A stretch of 63,893 nt of DNA, counting the filler, from Welwitschia mirabilis (taxonomy: Eukaryota), in NCBI GenBank assembly GCA_051453625.1. It is 6 parts of one record of this genome, joined end to end, with 100 filler letters (N's around TTAATTAATTAA, not from the genome) between each part and the next. Parts side by side here need not be neighbours in the genome. Positions count along the whole stretch, not along the records: positions 43,851 to 51,359 come from JBOZIK010000001.1; positions 51,460 to 62,585 come from JBOZIK010000001.1; positions 62,686 to 63,893 come from JBOZIK010000001.1; 3 more parts are not named here. The stretch is one strand, 5' to 3'. The position numbers and the translations under genes were made by a program. The notes below the pieces were generated by a model. The model saw only the letters and a list, made by a program, of their open reading frames with translations. It searched no databases and was not told the origin of the DNA. Positions 50,795 to 63,194 of this stretch are shown one piece after another (position 1 is the stretch's first letter; every line of letters begins with the position of its first letter).

Positions 50795-51359
50795 TCAATT
50801 GATCAAAAAAGAGTAAAATAATAAAACTTTGATAGCATAATTTTCAGAATCCAAATAAAAGATAAAAAAGTGATAAATTTCATTGATAAATAATCTCTTA
50901 TTAAAACATTCTAAATCATGAATATCATTATATAATTCATTCAACATACTACTCGAAGAATGAATCCAAGAAGTTTTTAAGGGCTTCTGAGAATGTTTAA
51001 TAAGATTGAAAAGTTTTTTAAGATTTAATTTGAAGTATGGATTATCATCAAGAAGATAAGGATTATCCCAATTTAGAATTCCAAGAAATTCTAAGTCATA
51101 CTTAAAAAGGATAATCATCAAAAGCATAAGGTAAAGTAAATTTGGTGGAAAAAGAAAGAATGTTACTTTGAGTATCATATGAATTTTTAAAAGAAAGAGA
51201 TTAAAAATAGAGTAAGTGATGAGCTTACCTATTTCTTGCAAATTCTTAGTCTCAAATTTTCTTTTTTCAATAACTCTAACTCCTATAAGGTTTTTCTTTA
51301 TAGACCTCTAAGCAAGTATCTAATTTTCTCTCTAGCAAAGATTCCATGATTAGGACATT
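50795..51359 (-). pseudogene. Probable gag C-terminal relic of the family A copy
   Basis: Minus strand CPNHGIFAREKIRYLLRGL resembles Athila gag CP.HG......I..FY.GL. It is followed by QEIGKLI and the 148-aa open frame 51241-50795. Confidence 0.55.
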
Positions 51360-51459
51360 NNNNNNNNNNNNNNNNNNNNNNNNNNNNNNNNNNNNNNNNN
51401 NNNTTAATTAATTAANNNNNNNNNNNNNNNNNNNNNNNNNNNNNNNNNNNNNNNNNNNN
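51360..51459. other. Artificial scaffold linker
   Basis: 44N-TTAATTAATTAA-44N. Confidence 0.97.
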
Positions 51460-54400
51460 AAGAAGATAACTTTTTAGCTTTTCATTAATACTAATGCTAT
51501 GATACAAGAATTATAGATGAGATAAGTAATGTAAATCAATGTTTCACTTTGTAGGTAGCAATCAGATTGAGAAAGACACTTGTGATTCCTTTTTAGGAAT
51601 GTACTAGAGCTTCAATATTGCTACCTTCATTAAAAGTACTATTTATAGTCTCCTTTCTTACCAAAATATGGCCTTTGTAATTGGTCTCTTCCTTTTATAT
51701 CCTTATTTCTAAGTTCTTATTAGTTATTCCTTTTCTTTATCCTATAGAATAACTGTATTTATGAGGTTATTCCTAAATTTAGCTTACCTCTTTTACCATA
51801 CATTCTTTTGTAAAGTGGGATTTGTACTTGTAATGGTTATTATTATAATATATACAATACTGAAGTTCCTACACTAGAACTTAGTGTAGAAAATGCCCAA
51901 ATAATCCACTTTGAACTTAGAAAAAATATCATTGTTTAATAATTCAATAAATTAACCAATTTTCAGTGAAGAATCAAATTTTGTATTTTAAACTAAGACT
52001 ATTTCATAGTTTTATTAAAGTATCAAGTGCACTACTAAAATAACTTGAAAACACATTAATCAATGCTACATCATTTTGCAAAATGATATTTTTGTAAAAT
52101 TAATATCATGAGAAATCAATTTATAATAACTCTTTAAGAAAATAATGCTATCAAAAATTATCAATCCCTACTTTAAGAAAATAATGCATCAATGGATAAG
52201 GCTTCTTAAAGTAATAGAAATTGGCCATTAGATTGACTATAATGGCAAGACTAACAGTGAAAACAAAATATGTGAGATGATTAGTAAGGATCATTGTTGT
52301 CATTAAATTCTTTTCATCACTAATAATTACTACTTATAATGTCATTCATTTCAATCACAAAATGAAACTAAATTTGCTTACAAAATTTACAAATTAGTAA
52401 ACCACCATTTTCCTTGTCGAAAATAGTTCCAAACTCTAATGAAAGAAGGAAAAAATCCCCTATTTTTAGAAATCATTTTTCCCTTAGAAAATTATTAAAA
52501 AATGTTTTATTTTGAAATTTTATTTTAGATATAATATTAAAACTTGTAGACCTCATACTAAATGTTGTAGATTTGGGAATTCCTCTAAATTGTTTTTTTG
52601 AACTTTTAGACCCTATACAAGTTGAGTACTCTTTATAATATGTGTTTTAAACTTTTAGATTGATTAATTTTTTAGTACATAGCCAACATTTCTTTTGCCA
52701 AATTTAATGCTTCACTATAGAACTTAATTGAAAAGAAACAATAATTTTCCTGTGCTGTGTTCACCTCTGTGCTCTGTATTGGATGGCTCTTTATTTTATG
52801 CTTACTGAATATACCTAGAAATTAAGCTCTTGGTAATAGATGTGGTTTTAATTTCAAATCCAAAGTACAACTCATTGTAAGCAGTTAAGCATCTAGCTCA
52901 AAGAAGAACCAGGTAGATAACACTTTACAGCCATTTTAAATATTTAAGCTATGATTCTCAGATGTTTTAGAAACCTTAATTCTAAAACACGAATAAAATG
53001 ATAACATGAGGACATCATAATATAAGCATGAATTTGCAAAACAAAATTTTTGTAGAAGTAACTCAACCAGAAAATCAATTTCCTTACTAAATCTAATAGA
53101 GCTGGAACTGTGTTGCTTAGAGTTATTAATTTTATTACTCATTATTTTGTGTGTTCTTAATTCCTTCCTCACAATATCAAGATAAGGAATGCAATAAGGA
53201 ATTATAATTCTAAATAAACAAGACAAAAGGATTAGAGTATGGATTCGTTACTATTATTTTTCCTTTTCAAGAATGAATGTGGCAGAAATTTAAGGCTTAA
53301 GGTAATATAATTTTAAGGGCAATGAGAATTCTTCCATTTATTTTATTAGTAAATGCATGCTAGGTTATGCAGTAATCCCTAATTACATTAATTATTACCA
53401 TACAAATCATACAAAACTGGAATTGAATAGGTGAGATTTAAATTTGTAATGGAATATATATCAAATCACTAAAATAAAATTCACACTATTTGAAACCAAA
53501 TCCAAAATACTTAGAAGATTTTACTAAGTCACAAAAAAAAAGGAAAAAAACTAAACTTGAATTGTTTTACCATGATTTTTTTCAAACTTTATTCTTTAAC
53601 CTCGAGAGTACAATACAAAAATTTTTCTTATTCCCCCTTTTTTTTTTTGCTTCTCATCAATGGAGAAGTAGTTTAAATACATATTTTAAACGCTAAAAGC
53701 CATAAGAATATAAGTAACAAAAATTACAAATATGTAACAGATTTGATGTTGAATCCTTGACTTTACTATTAAAAGGATCTTGCTTGGCCCAACTTACAGA
53801 ATGGATTTGTGATGCAGTTTTGTGTTTGCCTGGTCTAGAGCATGTAGATTAATTTTTACTTACTTTCATTAAAAATCCACCTACAAGATTAGAATCTTAT
53901 TTGGTAAATGACATTTGTCACAACAGAAAATATTCAGCATGGTTTTTATATACATAACTAACATGCATTCTAAACATATTATCAATTAAATCATTTTAAC
54001 ATATATGGCCATCATATGTAAAGCTAAAACTAATGAATTAAATTCATTCATCAAATGTTTTATCCTTAATGGCATTAAGTCAAGATGAGTTATAACAAAT
54101 ACTAATTACTAACATCCTAATATAATATTACTAATAAATTTAGATAATAAGTAAACTATGTTAGCATCAAAACATGTTAATGCCTAATGAAAATATGCAT
54201 AACCTTTAAGCTCATTATATAGGAAATGGAGGGGGGAAGGATAAGGTTCTAATAACAAGGAGAAACACCCTTAACCTATTTCAAAATCCTAGTAGAAAGA
54301 AAAACATTTATGATATAAGTAATTACAAGTATGTAGAATAATGAAAATTTTCAATGCAATGTCATATTAAATGTTTTTAAAAACTAGCCGCATCTCCATA

Positions 54401-55453
54401 TAGAATATTCATAAGAAACCCTTTACCACTTATGTAGAGATGCTTATACATCAAAATAATAAAAAAGGAAATCTAGATTACAAAATGTATTCTAGCGGAC
54501 TTACAATTATAAATGGAAGATGTTTGATACTTCATGTTAAAAAATGCATTACTCTTATGAAAATAATATCTAAACATCAAAGAGGAAAAAAGTAATACAA
54601 ATTGCTTTTTATACTTATTTATTAGAAATTTAATTCAGAAAAACTTACCTTCTTAAAAGCTCTAGTGAAAAGTCTAGTTCTTTATTAAAGAATTTAATAC
54701 TAACTTATGCAATCTATAAATAATGCAATGAAATTTTTAGATCCTATCTGTAATCTCCTCCTTACTAATCATATTTTTTAACTTAGAAAATGGCTTGAGG
54801 TATAAATATTTAATTTATAACACTTTACACAAGCATTGAAAACACTTTTACTACTTATTAAATAGAGAAGAAAATAAGGTTTTTGAAATATGAGTGATTC
54901 ATAGGTTATTTTACTATAAATAGTTTAATAACATCTCTTATCTTTCATGTAGAAGAATAGGATATAAAAAAAGCACTTAAGAAACTATAAACTAGTATAT
55001 GAAAAACCCAAAACCTATGAAAAGTCAAAATTATGACTATTTAACAATAATGAAGAGAACCCCAACTATGATAATGAAAAAAAAAATGTAAAGACTCAAA
55101 GTGGAATTGACAGTAGACCTTTAGTAATAGAATATAGTACATAAAATATGGATAAAAATTGGGGTACATATAGGATTCTAAAAATTTATGTTAAATACTT
55201 ACATTTCAAGCTTATAGAATTGAAAGAAAACAAAGTAGAGGTTGAAAAGAAGAAATAGAATCTAGAAAAATAAAAATCCATTTAATGGAAGTAATATTAA
55301 AAGTACTAGAAATAGAAAAAGTTGTGAATAAGATACATTATTAACTTTAGAGTAATAGAAAAAAGGGAACAGAAACTGATGGATGTAAACAAGATTACAT
55401 TTGAGACACATCCCTAGTTTAGAATTAAGATGAAAGTTATTTTAAAGAAATAT

Positions 55454-56809
55454 TGTTGCAGTGTGAATTTGTACAATCTTTAAGTCCTTAGGCACAACCT
55501 GTAAATCATAATATTTGTGAAAAATACACACTAGCATAGACGAGAGTTAACTTGGATGTCATAATCTATTGAAGGAACTAGGCTAAGAGTTAAATAATTG
55601 ATTTCCTAAAGTATTTTAATCTTTTTATCTTTTACTAAATGAAAGTAAACAACAATGAAAATACAATGCAAAATGAATGATGGTGAAATGTAATGGATGA
55701 AATGCAAGTGAGATGAGTTCTATTTGGATTCTAATCCTCCTATCACAAGAACTAGTTCTTATAATCTAAATTAATTAGAAACAGTTTATCACTTATTCCT
55801 AACCAACATAAACTATAAGATGTTCCAAATGGATAATGCAAGTATGAAATGGAATAAAGGAAATGAAATGCAAAACCTGAACTAACAAAGTCAATGTTAA
55901 CAAATGTTGCTCTTCTGATCTGAATAAACTATAGAGTTGTCATAAAACAATAATCAACTTAAATCATAAGGGACATTACATAATAGTAGTAAAAAGAGTT
56001 ATTAAATTAATCATTAACTTTACATCCACTCACAATAAAGTAGCAACACCTCAATGAAGGATACTCAGTCCAACACCAAGGTAATCTTCTCTCTCTAGCT
56101 AATGAATGGACCTCTTATCTTTCAATATTTTATTCTAAGAATATTCAATACAAAAGTTGAATTGGAAGTGAGGATAAGAAAGGTATTTATAGTTTTACAT
56201 TCAAGGTTTTAGAATTATAATCCTAAAAGCTAGAGAAGAGGTTCTAATAGCCCAGATAGAGCTCATGAACCCTTTACAAGATAATTTACTTTCATTTATA
56301 TAAAATAATTATTGCCTTGACTATCATGGAGATGACACGAGGGATGATGCCCCATAATAACAAATAAGTAATCAACTTCTGACTCCACAACCAGCCCCGT
56401 AGTTGGCTCCAAATGTGTTATCGTCTCGCATGTCATGGAGACGATAATGGGAATGATATCTTTTTAGAAAGGGGGGCTCATTGACCCATAGATCCAGTGC
56501 ACATTGTTATCGTAATAGGTTACTAAAGTATTATCATCCTGTATGTCATGGAAATAATAGAGGGAACAATAGACCTCTCCATCTTCTAATGCAAAGGGAA
56601 ATCAGTCTTTTACATAGCTAGTATTTTCTTAAAGGAATTAAGTATTAAAATAAGTCTAAGATGCCTTCAAATATGCTAAGGATTACATGTATCAGTGAAC
56701 ATCCTATCACTTTTTCATAATCATTAGAATTACATTTAAACTTGTATTAATATCATATAAAAGTACTTAAAATACACCATCAAAATCCTACAAAATTGGC
56801 ATCACAACA
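55454..56809 (-). repeat. Family A 3' LTR, 1356 bp
   Basis: TGTTG...CAACA termini; PPT AAGGCTAAGTAGGGTTTA on the minus strand at 56810-56827. Confidence 0.93.
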
Positions 56810-58922
56810 TAAACCCTACTTAGCCTTATCAGTTTTTGATAAAGAAAGCGATCAACTGTATTATGAACCAATTTGACTAAGATAACTAGATACTATAAAT
56901 ATTTAATTTTAGTTTAATTTTTATCATGCAAGAATAAACATCAAAAACCAATACAAATATTGACATATTCATAAGCGTCCTACTTAAACACACTAAAATA
57001 TAACAAATGAATGTCATATAATAATGATAGCTTAGAAAGTAATAATGTATATGCNNNNNNNNNNNNNNNNNNNNNNNNNNNNNNNNNNNNNNNNNNNNNN
57101 NNNNNNNNNNNNNNNNNNNNNNNNNNNNNNNNNNNNNNNNNNNNNNNNNNNNNNNTACAAAAAGTAATCATAACATTACTTCCCTTGTTCATGATATTTT
57201 AGGTATTCTTAACAATAGCTACAAAAAAACTCTATGAGTATGCTACTATGCTATTACTAGACAATGTCCATGAAAATTTATTCTGGTAACATAAAACCAT
57301 ATCCAAAAAACTCGTCACAAATATGTATCATGAAATCATAAAAAATGATCCCTTTAAAATTAAAAAATTTTTGTTCAACGTCTCAGAAGANNNNNNNNNN
57401 NNNNNNNNNNNNNNNNNNNNNNNNNNNNNNNNNNNNNNNNNNNNNNNNNNNNNNNNNNNNNNNNNNNNNNNNNNNNNNNNNNNNNNNNNNNNNNNNNNNN
57501 NNNNNNNNNNNNNNNNNNNNNNNNNNNNNNNNNNNNNNNNNNNNNNNNNNNNNNNNNNNNNATGCCTTAATTAAAGTGATAAAATAAAAACAACCCTTAT
57601 AAATAAAAATATGAGTGAAAACAAAAAGATAACTAGAAAACTACTAAATGATCAAGTCCTAATTATTATATGGAAAAAAGATATAGAAATTACTTTGAAA
57701 ATTTCAAACAAAACAATTAAGGAAAAAAATGGTAAAAATGAATAATTAGGAACATGAAGAAGATTGTTTACCTATTCAAAATTCCATCCTATAAAGCCCC
57801 TTGGTAGAAATCATAAAATCACTTGATAATAATGCATGACATAATGTAAAAAAACTCATAAGATACCACTCAATTAGGCAATGATTATGACGAGACAAAG
57901 TATATTTAAAGTTTTTAATTAAGAAATGATAAGATCAAACATTGCTAAAAAATGAACCTATCTCTTCATACCCCAAAATAATACTAGAATCTAAAAAAGT
58001 AGAATGATCATGTGGAAGTACTATATGCAAAATGAGCTTAGAAAATAAGCAATGCCTCTGATGATACCAAGGACATTAGTGATCCTATAATCTCTAAGCA
58101 AAAATTATTTTTCTATGATGAGGGGAGTGTAACCACTATTAGAGAAGTAAAGACCCATAGAGCATGGCCAAGTTTCCCCCCACTAGAGTTCTCATAACTA
58201 CCATAACACATTGCCAAAGGTTCCTCTTAGGAAAATTTGCCCTGGTGCACTGGCAATAGGACATCNNNNNNNNNNNNNNNNNNNNNNNNNNNNNNNNNNN
58301 NNNNNNNNNNNNNNNNNNNNNNNNNNNNNNNNNNNNNNNNNNNNNNNNNNNNNNNNNNNNNNNNNAAAATGAACCTATCTCTTCATACCCCAAAACAATA
58401 CTAGAATCTAAAAAAGTAGAATGATCGTGTGGAAGTACTATATGCAAAATGAGCTTAGAAAATAAGCAATGCCTCTGATGATACCAAGGACATTAGTGAT
58501 CCCATAATCTCTAAGTAAAAATTATTTTTCGATGACGAGGAGAGTGCAACCACTATTAAAGAAGTAAAGACCCACACAGCATGCCCAACTGTCCCCCCCA
58601 CTAGAGTTCTCATAGCTACAATAACACATTGCCAAAGGTTCTTCTTAGGAAAATTTGCCCTGGTGCACTGGCAATAGGACATCATGGTAATCGNNNNNNN
58701 NNNNNNNNNNNNNNNNNNNNNNNNNNNNNNNNNNNNNNNNNNNNNNNNNNNNNNNNNNNNNNNNNNNNNNNNNNNNNNNNNNNNNNNNNNNNNNATATAT
58801 AAAAGGATAAATTCTACATAACCAAGTACTTGTAAGGATAAGGATGAAGTAATGAGATGGGAAACAAGGAAGAACACCAAAACAATTAAAGACTCACATA
58901 ATTGAGAGAGAACAAAAGAATT
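56810..58922 (-). mobile_element. Family A PPT and 3' non-coding region (with the gap-flanking duplicate 57947-58265 / 58366-58685)
   Basis: Inverted homolog of 25890-27978. Confidence 0.85.
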
Positions 58923-58984
58923 TTTCTTACCATTATTCTTAGAATTATAAATGAATGAAAAACCCTTTTCATTACTCTTTAATC

Positions 58985-59985
58985 TTGTTGCTTACAAATT
59001 TGATGTCTTCCCCTCCTCCTACACTGCCTAATCACATGCACTTCACTACCCTTGCAATGCCCTTAGGATAGATGGAATGGAAGAAAATATTATAGAAAAT
59101 GAGATATAAAAGGGTTTATGAGGGTAAAATAAATTTGAATAATAGTAAAAGACATGCATAAAAAATGTAGAGGGCTTCCAAAGTTGATATAAAAGAAGAT
59201 CAACTTGGAAGTAAAGAATTATGAGAGAAAAGTGATAGAAAATCTCCTTCCAATGCTTCAAAATGGCTAAAATGGCATAAAAATGGTGTAATAGCATTGT
59301 GATATGAGTTCAAGAACTAAGGGAGGCCTGTATAGATGCACTTTGGGTAGTTACCAAATGGGGAGTTACCAAAACCACTAGATTTTTACATGTATGTTAC
59401 ATAAGGTAAAACTATCATATGGTACTACAGCACCATTTTGCTCTTAGAGTTTGTGCTATAGCATCATAGATAGGTTAATAAATAACTACCTAAAATTCCA
59501 AAAATAAAATTAATCTAATTTTGTCTTCTAAAGCTTTCAATACATGAAATTATCAAATTGGACTAAAAAATGACTATAAAGGTATAAATTATAGCACCTA
59601 AAATGTAATTTTCTAAGGTACTAATGTTCTAAAAGGTTCTAATATCATTCAATGTCATGTATCCAATCTCCAAATGTGTCAAAGTCATCACATTAACAAT
59701 AGGATGGCCTACAATGATGGAAAAAGGACTATGAATCATTTATAAAGCTTCTAAATTAAAGTAGTCTTTCATGATCTACATTTTCACCTTTAATTTGTAT
59801 CTCTTAATTACAAGTATCATAAAGAGTTTCAAAGTGGATCATAATGCATTATTTTGAGCTTATTAAATGTTCAAGGTCCTTGTCACCTAAAATTAAAAAC
59901 TACCTCTAAATATAGTATTAAAATTTGAAAATTAATTCAAAATAATGATTATTATTACCTTATTTTATTAAAAATTCAAGCTTCA
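58985..59985 (-). repeat. Repeat family D, inverted copy of 16030-17040
   Basis: Its reverse complement shares colinear blocks with 16030-17040. Confidence 0.75.
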
Positions 59986-62095
59986 TCATGTAATGATAAC
60001 AATTTTACCAAAACATTTAGAATCAATTATTGAGTTATTCATGTATAATAATGTGAAATATGCTAATTTTTATTGTTAAATGAGGGATGACTACTTGTAA
60101 GTACCATATATAGCATTTTCCTGATCAATATACTTATCACATAACATGATGATGGATAAGTAATATTATTGCTTAGTTCATTAAATAAAATGTTTAAGCC
60201 ACTAATAAATAATTTACATGGAATGGTAATAAGATTTGAAACATTTTATAGGACGTTTGGCATGTATATCCCATGTGCACTCACTACAAATCTTGCTATT
60301 AGGATTTGTATTAATAACCATTCCACTCCTCACTACCTTCCCTTCCTTCAAAAGCCATACATTCTTTAATTTCTATAAGGAAACGTACACATTTAAAAAC
60401 TATGCTATCTAATAATAATCATGCCAAAAAACTAAATTAATCAAAATATAAATTAAGACATTAAAGAAAGATATCAAGTGAATTTTATGATCTCTTATGA
60501 GAGGACTGATGTGCTAACATGGGGTCTTGCTACATGAGTAACATGTCTATTCTATTCTATTCTCTAGGCCTATATCATACACAATCAAGATGTATGGAAG
60601 CATGTTTCATGAACTTGCAAATAATATATAGATAAATAGTTGAAATATATCACATAATATTGTAAAATAATATCTATCTACACATTTCAATTACTCATAG
60701 AAGCATTGGAAGTTCTCTATTTACTCTCTGCCTATCTTTGTATAGTGTTATATATCTAATGTTAAAAGAGTAGTATCATTTAAAAAAAAGCCAACTTACC
60801 AATTGATCATTTGATTCTTATCTTAGAAAAGATGGGAAACCATAAAATGTATCCTATAAGAAGCAAACATGTTACATCTCATTAATAATGAAACATAGTA
60901 TAGATATGTAAAAGAGTTAGATATCACTATGAATAAAAGCAGGTACTTACAAACGANNNNNNNNNNNNNNNNNNNNNNNNNNNNNNNNNNNNNNNNNNNN
61001 NNNNNNNNNNNNNNNNNNNNNNNNNNNNNNNNNNNNNNNNNNNNNNNNNNNNNNNNATTAAAATTTAAAAAGTAATTCAAAATAATGTTTATTATTACCT
61101 TATTTTATTAAAAATTCAGGCTTCATCATGTATGATAACAATTTTACCAAAACATTAGAATCAATTATTGAGTTATTCATGTATAATAATGTGAAATATG
61201 CTAATTTTTATTGTTAAATGAGGATGGCTATTTGTATGTACCATATATAGCATTTTCCTGATCATTATACTTATCACATAACATGGTGATGGACAAGTAA
61301 TATTGTTGCTTAGTTTATTAAATAAAATGTTTAATCCACTAATAAATAATTTACATGGTATGGTAATAAGATTTAAAACATTTTATAGAAGGACGTTTGA
61401 CATGTATATCCCATGTGCACTCACTGGAAATCTTGCTATTAGGATTTGTATCAATAACCATTCCACTCCTCACTACCTTTCCCTCCTTCAGTAGCCATAC
61501 ATTCTTTAATTTCTATAAGGAAAAGTACACATTTGAAAACTATGCTATCTAATAACGATCATGCCAAAAAACTAAAGTAATCAAAACATAAATTAAGACA
61601 TTAAAGAAGAATATCAAGTTAATTTTATGATCTCTCATAAGAGAACTGATGTGCTAACATGGGGTCTTGCTACATGAGCAACATGTATATTCTATTCTAT
61701 TCTCTAGGTCTATATCATACGCAATCAAGATGTATGGAAGCATGTTTCATGAACTATGCAAATAATATATAGATAAATAGTTGAAATATATCACATAATA
61801 TTGTAAAATAATATCTATCTACACATTTCAGTTACTCATAGAAGCATTGGATGTTCTCCATTTACTCTCTACCTATCTTTGTATAGTGTTATATATTTAA
61901 TGTTAAAAGAGTAGTATCATTTAAAAAAAAGCCAACTTACCAATTGATCATTTGATTCTTATCTTAGAAAATATGGAAAACCATAAAATGCATCCTATAA
62001 GAAGCAAACATGTTACATATCATTAATAATAAAACATAGTATAGATATGTAAAAGAGTTAACTATCACTATGAATAAAAGCAAGTACTTACAAAG
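59925..62095. repeat. Gap-flanking ~1-kb duplicate pair (59925-60956 vs 61057-62095), unclassified TE-like sequence
   Basis: Near-identical copies either side of the 100-N gap at 60957-61056. The ORF track shows the paired ORFs 60169 and 61303. Confidence 0.95.
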
Positions 62096-62585
62096 GAAGA
62101 TGTTTCATTGAGACTAAATGGATTAACCATGAACTACACCATAATTTTTTTAAATTCATTACCAAACTACTTAAAGCATAAACATATCATTAAAAATGTT
62201 TAGTAAAAATTACTTATCAAAACATGGATCTAAGAAAAATAAAAACTACAAATGAATAATGCACATATTTCTTACATTAGGGATTTTTTAGTAGATTATA
62301 GCTAACAATGTGGTAATAAAAGCTTTTATATTTTGTTATGTATAAATGATATATTAAATGGATGAGAATGTTTTTCCTATAATATTTCTTAGTTTTACCC
62401 AAACCTTAAGAAAGCACCTCAACCTATGACGATGGTTATGACTATGGATAGTATAATGGCATCTCTTCTAAAGATATTATATTATGACTCTGAGGGTTCT
62501 AAGGCTTCAACCTAATTTATCTTTTCTCATAATTAAATAACTATATATGTTCATACTTCTAGAAAAGAATAACTCCTTACAAAAT

Positions 62586-62685
62586 NNNNNNNNNNNNNNN
62601 NNNNNNNNNNNNNNNNNNNNNNNNNNNNNTTAATTAATTAANNNNNNNNNNNNNNNNNNNNNNNNNNNNNNNNNNNNNNNNNNNN
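62586..62685. other. Artificial scaffold linker
   Basis: 44N-TTAATTAATTAA-44N. Confidence 0.97.
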
Positions 62686-62686
62686 A

Positions 62687-63194
62687 CCATTAGCTAAACA
62701 TCATAATGATGCCTCTTGCTATCGAGTCTATTTGATGTATTTGGTAGGGACTAAGCAATCTATTTATACTCCTATTATAATACTGAAGAATATGGTTTCA
62801 CAGCTAGAGTACCATAGAACTAGGGCTTTACCCTACTCTGTGCTTATTACAAGTATTTACTGCCATTTTCATATCACCTTTCATCTAAAACTAGAAATCC
62901 TCTAGCCTATGATACCCATTGAATGTGCAATCTTATCCTGCATACACATCTTTGTCCCTTCTAAGAAATCTTCAAAATATCCTTCTTTAAGTAAAGTCTT
63001 TCTAGGTAAGACTCTTTTATATTTGAGATGGATTGAGTCCCATACCAAACACATAAAATAAGCCCTTATTATAGTTAGTTATGATATTGCTAATACCTCA
63101 GAAGTGCCACCAGTTTAGCTCACATAAAAGATGATAAGAAGAGTCAGAGAAAGACTCTAAAGAAGAAGAAGAAGAAGAAGAAAAGCCTGATTAA
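62687..63194 (+). pseudogene. C-terminal part of a second env-like / ORF2 (Transposase_32-like) retrotransposon accessory gene
   Basis: PLAKHHNDASCYRVYLMYLVGTKQSIYTPIIILKNMVSQLEYHRTRALPYSVLITSIYCHFHI, carrying the LPY..LIT.I..HF motif. Ends SEKDSKEEEEEEEKPD*, where the (GAA)7 run encodes poly-Glu. Confidence 0.7.

Larger units (their letters stand above)
40790..51359 (-). mobile_element. Family A element (gag relic, 3' non-coding region, PPT, LTR) interrupted by the family B insertion
   Basis: Family A 3' region is present at 42146-42735 and resumes at 48621, as judged against the uninterrupted copy near 56946-56993. Confidence 0.75.

Noticed and set aside
53785..53885. Two-micro-exon gene model on the minus strand
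   Set aside because: The implied intron is only 29 nt, and the merged exon has stops in all three frames. Kept only as part of a low-confidence finding.
40790..56809. LTRs at 40790 and 55454 as the two LTRs of one element
   Set aside because: Both are preceded by a PPT and 3' region and neither has a PBS, so they are 3' LTRs of separate copies.
58139..58880. Paired ORFs (MSYCQCTRANFPK..LWQCV) as a duplicated small gene
   Set aside because: Both span N gaps and lie in redundant copies of the family A 3' region. The homologous + strand copy near 26100 has a stop in this frame.
60169..61494. Two similar 63-66 aa ORFs as a tandem gene pair
   Set aside because: They come from the gap-flanking duplicate, start at TTG and have no recognisable domain.
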